Notes: generated from the sequence alone by a model not told the origin. A stretch of 64,000 bases of DNA from an uncultured Elusimicrobia bacterium (GCA_963702895.1 OY969767.1:672001-736000), one strand, 5' to 3'. Counted from the stretch's first letter, positions 28,588 to 38,978 are shown. Translations and numbers: made by a program.

Positions 28588-30806
28588 TTGTTTTCAACCT
28601 CCGAGTTATCAGCCGCTCCCCCGTTATGGGCAGCGGCGACAGATCCATCAGGACTTGTGACATTGCTGGCGGCGGCCATGGAATACGCGCGCACTCGACC
28701 GATGGCATCGTTGCCCGCTCGTGTCGCGACCACAGCGCCATTGGCGTCGCGCTCGAAAATAGGGACATAGGAATCCGACGGATCGTTCGGGCCAACCATG
28801 GCGCCTTTATAATTAAGGCTGAGCATGTTCACGGAATAAGTCGCGGCTTTATCCTTCGTCGGCATGGAGTCCTGGGACACATAGACCACCTTGTCAGGTG
28901 TGACCCCGTTGTTTTCAGAGCTCTGAATAAAAACTTTCCCTAATACGCCAGTGCCGATCCCGGGCAGTTTGCCGCCGCCAACGGAGGTGTCGAGGGCGTT
29001 TCTCCAGCCGGTCAGCTCGCTCGCCTTGATGGCGATGGATTTGTCGGAGGGTCCCTCTAAGCCCAGGTTGAGCCCCAAGGCCATGAGCGCCGCGGCAGAG
29101 GTGATCATAAATACGTTTTTGCTTCCCAGGCTCTTGTACCAGGGCTTGGGCTCGGCGTACTTTTTCTCTTGGGCAACCACCTTCTGACCGTTGGCGGATG
29201 TGGTCTGGCTCGTTGGCGTCGTCTGCGTGGCTGGGACTGGCGGTACATCGCCGGGGCCGCCTTCTTCGTTGTCCTTCTTTTTTTTATGACCGAGCCAATA
29301 GCCAAGCGCCATGATGAGGCCGGCGACCATGGCCGAGTAGCCCACGCCCCATTTGAAAATAGCATCAAAACCCTGCATAAAGCTTGTAACAGACGGGACC
29401 AAGCTGACGATCCCTGTCCATGCGGACTGGCCCTCCTGGAGATTGCCCAGCGCCATTCCCAAAGCAAAGAGCGAAAAACCTCCGCCGATCATGCCCACGA
29501 GCGCCATGGGATTGGATTTCATGCGCTGGCCTAGCGAGGTTTCTGATCCGGCCGAAGCTCCGGCGCCCGCGCCTTTTTCGGTGATCTCCTCAGGGCCCCT
29601 AAGCCCCGCTGCCATTTCCCCGGCTGCCTGGTCATTCATGCTTGCACCGATGAGATTGCCCTCGCTGTCGTAAACCCTTGTTACGGTTTTGTCAGAATAT
29701 TGAACGTTGGGATTGACGTTGCCCTTTTCGTCAAAAAAGTTTCCTGAAGATGCAGGACCAGTCTCTTTCACGACGGTAACACCCGTCTCGGCAAATACTT
29801 TGCTTTCTCCCGGCTTCATCGAGGCTATGGTCTGCGCATAGCGCGCGCTGTTCGCCCTTGCTTCGTCCGCAGACCAAAGGGCCGTGCTCACCACTTTTCG
29901 TGCCGTGTCAGCATTGTACGTGCTGATCGATTTACCGTTGCCGAGGGGCACGGTGTATTCTGTTTTGCCGCCAACGGTTTGCGTTGTGACACGTGGGTCA
30001 TACAATGGATCCGCTTCGTTAAAGGACTTTCCTCCTATTAGGTGCTGATCAAAGGGGACGGTGTTTCCATCCGAATAGGTAGTAGCAGTGGGGTTGCGTG
30101 GTTTCACATAGGGTGCTGAAAGGTCAGCTGTTCCGATCTTGCTCGTTGTGCTGCTTAAAGGTGTTCCGTTCACAATGGCATTCTTGATATTGTGCGCACT
30201 GGCGCCAGCGATAGAGTGATCGGCATTCGCCGTGTCAAGATATCCTGCGACCTCTCCGTTGCTGCCCTTCAGTTCAAAATAACCTACGCCGTTCTGATCC
30301 TTTGCCATAGCACCAACTTTATAGGACACACCGTTTTTCCCAGCAAAAGTCACTGTCTGCCCTGTGACTATCTTTTGACCACCGTAATCAATCCCATCTG
30401 TAACGGGAGTAAAAGTAAGCTGTGTAGCGGGTACCGGGGCGGCGGCCTGTGAATGCGAAGCAACAAGCGGAGTGGGTGCCGGGGCGGCGGCCTGTGAATG
30501 CGAAGAAACAAGCGGAGCGGGTGGCGTAGCAGGAGGAGTGGGTGTCGGATAACCAGGAAATGGCGGTAATGATTGATGCAAATCCCCAGTAGACCGGAAT
30601 GTCCCAAGGGTAGTGTGACCATCTACGATAGTTGTAACTCCATTATTCGGTGAATAGGAAAGTTGATAGTTCCCGCCGAGACTACTAAAGTGGTCGCCAT
30701 TGGGCACAAGTATCTTGTTATTGATCAGATCTCTATAGGCAGTAACGGCATTGCCATTAGGCATTGTTAATACAATTTTCTCATACGGTGATGTGATTGA
30801 GCTCAT
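28584..30806 (-). CDS. Hypothetical membrane protein, paralog A
   Basis: 740-aa ORF; ATGA overlap with paralog B; C-terminal ~300 aa visibly homologous to B. Confidence 0.85.
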   Translation of the reverse strand: MSSITSPYEKIVLTMPNGNAVTAYRDLINNKILVPNGDHFSSLGGNYQLSYSPNNGVTTIVDGHTTLGTFRSTGDLHQSLPPFPGYPTPTPPATPPAPLVSSHSQAAAPAPTPLVASHSQAAAPVPATQLTFTPVTDGIDYGGQKIVTGQTVTFAGKNGVSYKVGAMAKDQNGVGYFELKGSNGEVAGYLDTANADHSIAGASAHNIKNAIVNGTPLSSTTSKIGTADLSAPYVKPRNPTATTYSDGNTVPFDQHLIGGKSFNEADPLYDPRVTTQTVGGKTEYTVPLGNGKSISTYNADTARKVVSTALWSADEARANSARYAQTIASMKPGESKVFAETGVTVVKETGPASSGNFFDEKGNVNPNVQYSDKTVTRVYDSEGNLIGASMNDQAAGEMAAGLRGPEEITEKGAGAGASAGSETSLGQRMKSNPMALVGMIGGGFSLFALGMALGNLQEGQSAWTGIVSLVPSVTSFMQGFDAIFKWGVGYSAMVAGLIMALGYWLGHKKKKDNEEGGPGDVPPVPATQTTPTSQTTSANGQKVVAQEKKYAEPKPWYKSLGSKNVFMITSAAALMALGLNLGLEGPSDKSIAIKASELTGWRNALDTSVGGGKLPGIGTGVLGKVFIQSSENNGVTPDKVVYVSQDSMPTKDKAATYSVNMLSLNYKGAMVGPNDPSDSYVPIFERDANGAVVATRAGNDAIGRVRAYSMAAASNVTSPDGSVAAAHNGGAADNSEVENK

Positions 30807-30859
30807 CCGAGTCGTCCTCTCATTCTTACCCCAATGCTCTTTTCTAGGTGGCTGGGAAT

Positions 30860-30914
30860 AGTTTGACGTTTTAGTGTTACAAGCGGGTTAATTGAATGTT
30901 ACATTTCGGTTAAA
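30860..30914 (-). promoter_or_regulatory. Four 11-bp-periodic GTTAC/GTTAA boxes upstream of the paralog pair
   Basis: Boxes start at 30876, 30887, 30898, 30909; weak -10 CAAACT at the conserved distance. Confidence 0.6.
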
Positions 30915-31196
30915 TCCGCCTTCCCGGATGGCCTATGCCTCCGACGGAGAACCCCAAAATGGCATAGGTCCTTTGGCGAAGGTATATAGGCCCATAAAAT
31001 GGCGCGAAAAATCGAGAAACGAGAAGCGAGAAACCAGAGCTGAGAGCAAAAAAATGGGGGTAATTTTTGCCCGATTGGCCTGGGCCTTTCGACTACTAAA
31101 ACATGGGCCCTATGGAAAAATATATTAGACGAAAAGGGGAAGGTCCAATGGCGAGCAGCATGAATAACGTTCCCAAAGAGTTCATAGCAAAAATGA

Positions 31197-31556
31197 CAAA
31201 GCAGAGACACGAAAGCAAAAACTCAGAGCAGAAATCTCGTATTTCTGCTTTGTGGCTTTGCTTTCGTCGGTCTGCTTTGTCAGTTCTGTTTTGATCTTTG
31301 AGAAAGATCCAGCTTTCAGAGCAGAATCACCAAAGCAGAGACACGAACGCAAAAACACAACGCAGAAATCTCAGAGTTCTGCTTTTGCTTTCGTCGGTCT
31401 GCTTTGAGGGCTCTGCTTTGCTCTTTGAGAAAGATCCAGCTCTCAGAGCAGAATCACCAAAGCAGAGACACGAACGCAAAAACTCAGAGCAGAAATCTCA
31501 GAGTTCTGCTTTTGCTTTCGTCGGTCTGCTTTGAGGGCTCTGCTTTGTTCTTTTGC
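31197..31556. repeat. Three tandem 127-134-bp hairpin units
   Basis: Units start CAAAGCAGAGACACGAA at 31197, 31331, 31458; each has a complementary TTCGTCGGTCTGCTTTG arm. Confidence 0.9.
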
Positions 31557-31773
31557 TTTCATGGCAATCCCCCCACCCACCCTCCCCTTGCACACGCAGG
31601 AAGCCAGTCACCCTTCCGCCGTCCGTCTCTTCCGCCGCCCGCCTCTTCCGGCGTCTCCGTCTGAAGAATGAATATCTCCCGCGTTTCTGCATCTAAATAG
31701 TAGGAAGGGATCTCAGAACAGAGAGCACGGATTCAGGAAACCGGTCTAGCGACAGTTCCTGGGGAGGATCGAC

Positions 31774-32901
31774 ATGACGAAACAGGCCAAGCCACGAGCA
31801 GGTCGAAAAGACCATCGACAGATCATGGGCCGCAGCCGTAAGGGGGAGGCTCAATTTCCTGTCGCTCCTCTTCGCGGCGCGCTGCCGGCGGACTACGCCG
31901 ACACGTTTCGACGACTCAAGCGGCGCATCGAACAGGAACGGATGCGGGTTGTCCTCTCGGCCCATTCGGCGATGGTCTTGCTCTATTGGGATCTGGGTCG
32001 GTTTATCCTCGAGCGTCAACGCCGGTCCGGCTGGGGTGCCCGGGTGATCGATCGGCTCGCTCATGACTTGCGTGCCGCCTTTCCCGATATGCATGGATTC
32101 TCGCCCCGAAACCTGAAATACATGCGGGCCTTCGCTGCCGCCTGGACGGACCGCTGCCTTGTGCAAGAGACACTTGCACAAATCACCTGGTACCAGAATC
32201 TGGCGTTGCTCGAAAAACTGAACGATCGCGACACCCGTCTCTGGTACGCGCGAGCGGCCCGGGTAAACGGTTGGTCCAGAGATCTCCTGGTCCTTCAAAT
32301 CGAACGCGAGGCCCATCGCCGCCAGGGTCGGGCGGTGGCCAACTTCAGCCAGACGCTGCCTCCAACGGACTCGGACATGGCCGCGCAAGCTTTCAAAGAT
32401 CCTTACCTCTTTGATTTTCTCGGGACCGCCGGAGCGCGGCGCGAGGTCGAAGTCGAACGGGCGCTGATGGATCATGTTCACGATTTCCTGCTGGAACTTG
32501 GTGCCGGGTTTGCGTTTGTGGGTCGGCAGGTCCATCTGGAGGTCGGAGACCAGGATTTCTATATCGACCTTCTGTTTTATCACCTTAAACTTCACGCCTA
32601 CGTGGTGGTCGAACTGAAGGCCGTTCCCTTCAAGCCGGAATTCCTTGGTCAATTGAATCTCTACCTCTCGGCGGTCGATGATCTGCTTCGTCAGCCCGAG
32701 GACAAACCTGCCATCGGGCTTCTTCTGGTCAAAGAGAAGAATCGTCTCCTGGTCGAATACGCACTTCGTGATATCCAAAAACCCATTGGCGTCGCCCACT
32801 GGGAAACGCGTCTCGTCAAGGCGCTTCCCGAAGAGCTCAAGGGCATTCTTCCTACGGTCAAGGAACTCGAAGCGGAGCTATCCGGAGAGCCCGAACGCTA
32901 A
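31774..32901 (+). CDS. DUF1016/YhcG-family PD-(D/E)xK nuclease domain protein
   Basis: 'LYWDLG', 'GFSPRNLKYMRAFA', 'KDPYLFDFL', 'FLLELGAGFAFVGRQ', 'YIDLLFYH...VVVELK'. Confidence 0.93.
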   Translation: MTKQAKPRAGRKDHRQIMGRSRKGEAQFPVAPLRGALPADYADTFRRLKRRIEQERMRVVLSAHSAMVLLYWDLGRFILERQRRSGWGARVIDRLAHDLRAAFPDMHGFSPRNLKYMRAFAAAWTDRCLVQETLAQITWYQNLALLEKLNDRDTRLWYARAARVNGWSRDLLVLQIEREAHRRQGRAVANFSQTLPPTDSDMAAQAFKDPYLFDFLGTAGARREVEVERALMDHVHDFLLELGAGFAFVGRQVHLEVGDQDFYIDLLFYHLKLHAYVVVELKAVPFKPEFLGQLNLYLSAVDDLLRQPEDKPAIGLLLVKEKNRLLVEYALRDIQKPIGVAHWETRLVKALPEELKGILPTVKELEAELSGEPER

Positions 32902-32918
32902 CAGGCTCCCGGAATACG

Positions 32919-33326
32919 GCGGATCTTCGGTACTGTGGGGCGGATCTACAGTACTGTGGGGCGGATCTTTGGTTCCATGAGGCGGATCTTCGGTACCGTG
33001 AAGCGGATCTACAGTACCGTGGGGCAGATCTTCGGTACCGTGAGGCAGATCTTCAAGCTCCATGAGGTGGATCTTCGGTACCGTGAGGCGGATCTTCGGA
33101 ACCGTGAGGCAGATCTCCAAGCTCCATGGGGCGGATCTTCAGCTCCGTGAGGCGGATCTTAGGAACCATGGGGCGGATCTACAGCTCCGTAAAGCAGATC
33201 TTCAAGCTCCATGAGGCGGATCTTTGGTTCCATGAGGCGGATCTTCAGTACCGTGAGGCGGGAATATATCCCTTTGGTCCGCCGTATGGTACCGGGGATC
33301 TGCCGTACGGTACCGGAGATCCGCCT
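32919..33326. repeat. 21/22-bp tandem repeat (~16 units, consensus GCGGATCTTCGGTACCGTGAG) followed by ~2 inverted units
   Basis: Direct reading of the sequence. Confidence 0.92.
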
Positions 33327-33342
33327 TCCTAACATTTGGTAA

Positions 33343-33397
33343 ATTTACACAGTCTTCACGTTCCTGTAACCTGGCCGTAACATGGCGCTGGTACCCT
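33343..33397 (+). promoter_or_regulatory. Four 11-bp-periodic boxes plus -10-like TACCCT
   Basis: Boxes end at 33348, 33359, 33370, 33381; hexamer at 33392. Confidence 0.6.
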
Positions 33398-33463
33398 TAG
33401 ACCCAAGGACAGAAGGCCTATGGCATAGGCTGAAAGGATGATGTTGGGATCCATAAACGATCT

Positions 33464-35326
33464 ATGAAGCCCCTCTGCGCTCCGGTGTTGCTTGTCTTGG
33501 TCTTCTCCATGGCCCATGGAGAAGAGATCACGCCCGCCAATATGGAGACGCTCGCCCCAATAGGCCTTGCGCCCAGAAGCGGCAACGTCTCTCCAGGCAC
33601 GGACGCCGTCCTCGAACAGGGCAAAGAGCTCTATGCGCAGGGACAGTACATGGCCGCCTTGGACAAATTTATGAAAGTGCTCCGGCGCGATCCGCGTCAA
33701 CCCGAAGCGCGAGAATATTTGAGGCTGGTGGTCGATGAGATTCGGCATAATCGCGGCAATTCCATGCCTAAAAACACTGTGCCGCAGAACCCGCTACCGC
33801 TGACCGAAACACCAATAAGCCCTTCGGCCCAAGCCGTGGCCCCCGCGTCGCCGCTTCCTCCGAAGCCTGTCCCGGAAGCGCGGGTCGCGCCGCTCACGCA
33901 AGAAAAAGACCTTCAGCAGAAGCGAACCAGGCAACTGCTGACTACGGATTTGTCCGTGATCCCGGGCGTGAAAGTCGTGGCCGACAAAAATAACGCGCAG
34001 GTCGAAATGGAGACCCATTTGCTCTTCGCGGATCAAACGGGAGGACTCCGGGAAGAGGGCGTGCCGCTCCTGGACCGGGTGGCGGCGTGGCTGAAGACCT
34101 TTGGTGAAAAACCCGTCGCGATCCACTGCTACCCCGAGGAAAACGCCGAGGCGGCGCTCGGCGGCTCCCTCTTCCTTCACCGCTATGCCCAACTGTATGG
34201 TTACTTCGTGGAGGAGCGAAAACTTTCCGCTTCGCGCTTCGTCACGACCACTTTCCTTAATGAGGATGACAAAGGCCCCAGGAAGAAAACCCGGGAGTCC
34301 GCGCCCAGCCCTCTTTATGAGGAAGCGCCGAATGACCCTTCCCGGCTCGCGAAGCTCGTTTCATCGTCTCCTTCCCGCGTGGTCATTGTGGTGGTCGGAG
34401 CGGCGGATGATCTCCAGTCCTTCGGTTCGGTCACAGGATCCGCTTCGCGGTGGCTGGAATTTTCCATCATGGCGCCTCGCCTGAGCTTTAATCCGGACGA
34501 AGGGGATTGGGCGACATTGGACCTGGCCGCCTTGACGCCCCAACAGGTGGCGGCTTGGCGATTTACGATTATCAAGGAAGGTGAATCCTCCAAAAAAGCG
34601 GGAGCTTCGAATCCTTACATCTACGCTCTCGAAGGGAAAGGCAATTTGCTTAAACGTGTCAGCTGGGACGGCCGTCGGCAAAAAGAAGGGACCTTTGTCT
34701 CCGCCGGAAAGTACGTTTGCAAGCTCGTTGCGACAAACGCCGATGGCACGGACAAGACGCAGTCTCTGACGCTTGAAGTCCTGCGCGCTCAGGCCGAAGA
34801 AACGGCGGTCAAGCCCGTCGCGAAAAAATCTTCCTCCTCTTCGGCCAAACCGAAGCCCAAAAAGCGCAAGGCGGCCACTCCTGAAGCGTCTGCCGCGCGA
34901 GCGAAGCCGCCGGTGGAGTCCCCGGCGCCTGCCGCCAAGACCCCACCCGCCGCGCAGACCCCACCGGCCGTCGCAGATCAAGCGGACCAGGGGGATGTGC
35001 CCGCGGCGGCCTCTGAAGAGGATTCCTCGGATGCGATATGGAAGCAAGTGATCCAATTTGATTCCGGTGAAAGCGATCTTAAGCCGACCCTGAAGGCTTC
35101 TTTGGAGCGTATCGGGAAGACGCTCGAAGTCTACCCGCTGCAGAAAGTGCGCGTGATGGGCTATGCCACGGGCGTTGAACCCGATGCCCTCGGGCTCGCC
35201 AAGGAGCGCGCGGAGCGTGTGCGACAAACCCTGATCAGCGAATATGGCGTCGACCCCAAACGGGTGTTTGTGGCGGGCGGCAAGGTGGGTTCGGCAAGCA
35301 AAGTGGAAATTTCCATCACCAACTGA
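33464..35326 (+). CDS. Exported TPR + OmpA/MotB-like + FlgD-Ig-like multidomain protein
   Basis: Signal peptide; TPR; 'WDGR...G.FVSAGKY' Ig motif; C-terminal 'IQFDSGES.L....VRVMGYA....LAKERAERVRQTL...GV' OmpA-like domain. Confidence 0.75.
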   Translation: MKPLCAPVLLVLVFSMAHGEEITPANMETLAPIGLAPRSGNVSPGTDAVLEQGKELYAQGQYMAALDKFMKVLRRDPRQPEAREYLRLVVDEIRHNRGNSMPKNTVPQNPLPLTETPISPSAQAVAPASPLPPKPVPEARVAPLTQEKDLQQKRTRQLLTTDLSVIPGVKVVADKNNAQVEMETHLLFADQTGGLREEGVPLLDRVAAWLKTFGEKPVAIHCYPEENAEAALGGSLFLHRYAQLYGYFVEERKLSASRFVTTTFLNEDDKGPRKKTRESAPSPLYEEAPNDPSRLAKLVSSSPSRVVIVVVGAADDLQSFGSVTGSASRWLEFSIMAPRLSFNPDEGDWATLDLAALTPQQVAAWRFTIIKEGESSKKAGASNPYIYALEGKGNLLKRVSWDGRRQKEGTFVSAGKYVCKLVATNADGTDKTQSLTLEVLRAQAEETAVKPVAKKSSSSSAKPKPKKRKAATPEASAARAKPPVESPAPAAKTPPAAQTPPAVADQADQGDVPAAASEEDSSDAIWKQVIQFDSGESDLKPTLKASLERIGKTLEVYPLQKVRVMGYATGVEPDALGLAKERAERVRQTLISEYGVDPKRVFVAGGKVGSASKVEISITN

Positions 35327-35327
35327 T

Positions 35328-37489
35328 ATGGCAGAACACAGCGATCGCATGGGAGCACAAGGCGGCGCAGGGCAGATGAGGGGAGAACAGGGCAAACCCG
35401 GGGCGATCCATGGGATCATCTCCCAGGTGAAACCCGTGTTTTCCCGTGTCTTCCCTTCTTCTCCCATGCCTGCCCAGGCGAAGGCCCCCGTTTCTGCCGC
35501 GCCTCGCGGCAAGTTGCTTCACAAGCTCTTGCTCCTTTTTCTTGCGCTCTCCATTGTGCCGATCCTGCTGGCCCGCTTTTTCCTGATTGGGGTGAGCGAT
35601 TATTTCATCCAGAAGGAAAGCCGCGGGGTGAAGCTCGCCATCGCCCAGAAAATCGCGGGCAATGTGGAAGCCTATATGGTCAACATCCAAAACATCCTTC
35701 AGGTGGCCCATAAGTCAGGGGACTTCTTGAGCATGAACCGCCTCAACCAAACGGCGATCATGAGCAACGTCATGAACGCCTATCCGATGTTTATGCGCAT
35801 GGCGGTGCTGGGACTCGATGGTCGTGAAGTGGCGGCGGTCAATCGCATTTCCCGTCAGGAATCTCCCCGCGACAACACGGAGGCGCTCCGTACGGTGCTC
35901 TCGGCCGGCTACTACCAAAGCTTTGTGTCGCGCTCACAGGAAGGCTATCCCCGCATCACGATTGGCGTCCCGATCGAGCGTATCCCTGCCCGGCCGTTGG
36001 GGGTTTTGCTCGGGGTGGTCAATCTCATCGATTTGAGCTCCTTAATCAAGGATCTTGTGGTCGGCAAGAATGGCTATGTTTACATCGTGGACATGAATAA
36101 ACGCCAGCTGATCGCTCATCCGGATATCCAGACGCTGCTCTCTCCGAACCCGCCGCCTGAAGTCTCCGCGGCGCTTCTGACCGAAGAAGGGGATTCAGGG
36201 GCCGTGGAATTCACCGATCAGAAAGGGAACAAATTTCTCAATACCTATGCGACCGTTCAGCACTTGAGGTTCAAGTGGAGAGTGATTGTCCAGCAGCCGA
36301 CCGAAGAGGCCTATATGGCGTCCTCCCAGATGCGTTCCAAAGTCAATGGCCTGCTGGTCGTGGTGGTGGTGATCGTGGCCATCGTCGCTTATGGGATGAG
36401 CCGGGCCGTGGTCGGCCGCGTGCTCAAGCTGCAGGCGGCCATGGAACTGGTCGGAGAGGGAAAATTCGATGTTCCCGCGGTGCCTGCCTCGAATGATGAG
36501 TTCGGGGCTCTTGCGGAAAAGTTTTTGTGGATGGCCCATTCACTCAAAGACAAGACCTATCGGCTCATCAGCGCCCAGTTCGAGCTCAGGCGTTGGAATT
36601 CGGAGCTGGAGAGGCGCGTGCAGGAGCGCACGCGCGCTCTGCAGGAGGCCCAGGAACGGCTGATCGCGCAGGAGAAGCTCGCGGCCCTGGGGCAGATGGC
36701 TTCCGTCGTGGGCCATGAGCTTCGCAATCCCCTGGCCGTCATGAACAATTCGGTTTACTTTTTGAAGACCAAGCTCCTCGCGGCGGCAGGCGAAGCGGGT
36801 CTCGACAATAAGATGGAAAAACATATCCGGATCCTCGAATCTGAAATCGTCAAATCCAACATGATCATCCGGGATATTTTGGATTTCGCGCGCAACCGGG
36901 CGTTGAACACCTCAACACAGAAGGTGGACGAGCTGGTCGAAAAAGCGATCGAGCGCATCCAGCTGCCGCCTCATGTGACCGTGAAGAAAGCCCTCGGACT
37001 GCCCGGGGGCGAGGCGGTGTTGGATGAAGATGAAATCCGCCAGGTCCTGGTCAATCTCATGGAAAACGCTTGCCAGGCCATGCCCTCCGGGGGTACGCTA
37101 TTCGTAGGCACAAAGACCCAGGGAAAGTCGCCTTCCCCCCTTGTGGGGGAAGGTCGGGATGGGGGGATCGGGCGAGTCCAGCGCCCCCCACCTTCGTCCT
37201 CCCCCACAGGGGGGAGGAAAAGGCTGGGATTGAGATCCAGATATCCGATACAGGGTGCGGCATACCCCAAGAACATTTGAATAAGATTTTCGCGCCGTTT
37301 TTTACAACGAAGAGCCGTGGGACCGGACTTGGCCTGGCGGTGGTGATGAAAATCATTGAGCGTCATCATGGTACGATCCAGGTCGAGTCCAAAGTCGGGG
37401 AAGGGACCACGTTTAGAATCTTGCTGCCCTTCGTGCAGCCCGTGGCGGCAAACGGGCCGCCCGCGAAGAACAGCGACGCCGCAGCTTAG
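35328..37489 (+). CDS. Cache/HAMP sensor histidine kinase, frameshifted (-1) inside an inserted palindrome near 37130-37220
   Basis: 'GHELRNPL' H-box and N-box '[10 protein letters not shown]' in one frame; 'ISDTGCGI...[13 protein letters not shown]' G/F boxes in the -1 frame ending at 37489. Confidence 0.85.
37131..37218. repeat. Palindrome family B inserted in the kinase coding sequence
   Basis: CCTTCCCCCCTTGTGGGGGAAGG...CCTCCCCCACAGGGGGGAGG. Confidence 0.85.
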
Positions 37490-37496
37490 CGATACG

Positions 37497-37649
37497 CCCT
37501 CTCCCGGCACACGTCACGGGAGAAGAGGACGGAAATATTCCTTCTCCCGCCGAAGGTGGGAGAAGGCAAGGATGAGGGCACGATTTTGCCCTCACCCGGT
37601 CGCCAGACGTCTGGCGACCGCCCTCTCCCATCTTCGACGGGAGAGGGGA
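37497..37649. repeat. Palindrome family B
   Basis: Three CCCTCTCCC/GGGAGA hairpins; core shared with the 22270 copy. Confidence 0.85.
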
Positions 37650-37669
37650 TCGTAGCGAAGGAGAACATC

Positions 37670-38836
37670 ATGTCAGACGCCAACGAACTTTTTGAGCGCA
37701 TCGAAGCCGGGAACCCCAAGGTCCTCCTGGTGGATGATGATGTCAATATCCTGGACACCGCCCGGGATATCCTCGAGGACGTGGGTTACCTGGTTCATAC
37801 GACCTCCAATGGCACCGAGGCCCTCAAGCTCCTTGAGCAGCAGGCCTTTAACATTCTGGTCGTCGATTTCCAGCTGCCGGACCTGACGGGGCTCGAGCTG
37901 GCCCGAAAAGCGCGCGAGCACAACGCCCATACCCTGGTCGTGCTGATGACGGGACACGCCTCTCTGGAAATGGCGGTCAAAGCGATTCAAGAGGCCGTCT
38001 ATGATTATCTCATCAAGCCGGTCGATCCTGCGCAGCTCAAACGCACGCTGGAGCGGGCTTTGGAAAAGCAAAAGCTCGTCCTGGAAAATAAACACCTTCT
38101 GGAGGACCTCCAAAAGGCCAATGAGGCCATGGCGCGTCTGGACAGCCTCAAGTCCCAGATGCTGACCGTGCTCTCGCATGATTTAAGGACCCCCTTGTCC
38201 AGTATCCGCGGCTATTCCGAACTGCTCAAGTCCGGCGTGAAAGGCCGCTTGACCGACGTTCAGAAGAAAATGGTCGAGATCACCATGCAGGAGGCCGACC
38301 ACTTGAATGGCCTGATCAGCGACCTCCTGGATCTGGCCAACGTCGACGCCGGGATCCTGAGCCTCGATCAACGCACCGTGCCTTTCGAAGAGATCATCGA
38401 CAAGGCGAACCTCCGCGTGAAGATGGTTTCGGAGATGAAACAAATCCCGGTGGAAATTATTTTCGGGTCGTCTTTTTCTCCGGTTCAAGTGGACGTGCCC
38501 CGTATGGTCCAAGTGATCGCGAATCTCATCCGGTCTTGCCTGAAATACGCCCCCCGCGGCGGACGGGTCCTGTTGAACGCCATCGAGCGGGACGGCTGCG
38601 TGGAACTGCGCATTTCCCAGGGCGGCCAAGGTTTTTCCCCCGAGAAACTGAAGAGCCTCTTTGCCGTGCTCAAAAAAGACAACACTGAGGTTCCCGGCGG
38701 CCAGGACGGCCTCAAAATCATGCTGGGGCTGGCCCGTGAGATGGTGCTGGCGCACGGCGGCGACATCGGTGTCGAAAGCCGCGGCGAAACAAGCGGCTTT
38801 ACCTTTTGGATCAAGCTGCCTACGGTGAAGGCATGA
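37670..38836 (+). CDS. Hybrid REC-histidine kinase (degenerate-looking HATPase)
   Basis: REC 'LLVDDD...VVDFQLP...YLIKP'; 'SHDLRTPL'; G boxes diverged. Confidence 0.88.
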   Translation: MSDANELFERIEAGNPKVLLVDDDVNILDTARDILEDVGYLVHTTSNGTEALKLLEQQAFNILVVDFQLPDLTGLELARKAREHNAHTLVVLMTGHASLEMAVKAIQEAVYDYLIKPVDPAQLKRTLERALEKQKLVLENKHLLEDLQKANEAMARLDSLKSQMLTVLSHDLRTPLSSIRGYSELLKSGVKGRLTDVQKKMVEITMQEADHLNGLISDLLDLANVDAGILSLDQRTVPFEEIIDKANLRVKMVSEMKQIPVEIIFGSSFSPVQVDVPRMVQVIANLIRSCLKYAPRGGRVLLNAIERDGCVELRISQGGQGFSPEKLKSLFAVLKKDNTEVPGGQDGLKIMLGLAREMVLAHGGDIGVESRGETSGFTFWIKLPTVKA

Positions 38837-38855
38837 TCATGCGGACCCTATTGCC

Positions 38856-38978
38856 GTCATCCCCCGCGGCTGTTAGCGGGGGATCCATCATGATGGACCC
38901 CGTCCCCCTTACATCTGGGGGACTGTCCCTTCCTATAGCCTCAGAGGAAGGGGACGGCTTACAATCCGCCGGGGTGAC
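38856..38978. repeat. REP-like palindrome, family A
   Basis: GTCATCCCCCGC..GCGGGGGATCCATC..GATGG...CCGGGGTGAC. Confidence 0.85.

Noticed and set aside
26365..30806. Identical 740-aa length of both paralogs as a functional ruler
   Set aside because: The internal module lengths differ and start codons are unverified, so this is probably coincidence.
31693..32799. 368-aa minus-strand ORF
   Set aside because: Antisense shadow of the DUF1016 gene; the same applies to most overlapping ORFs in this GC-rich track.
31197..33326. CRISPR array interpretation of the ~130-bp and 21-bp repeats
   Set aside because: No unique spacers between constant repeats and no cas genes in the window.
32878..33332. 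Short ORFs over the 21-bp array
   Set aside because: Translations of the tandem repeat; the 22-bp units break frame.
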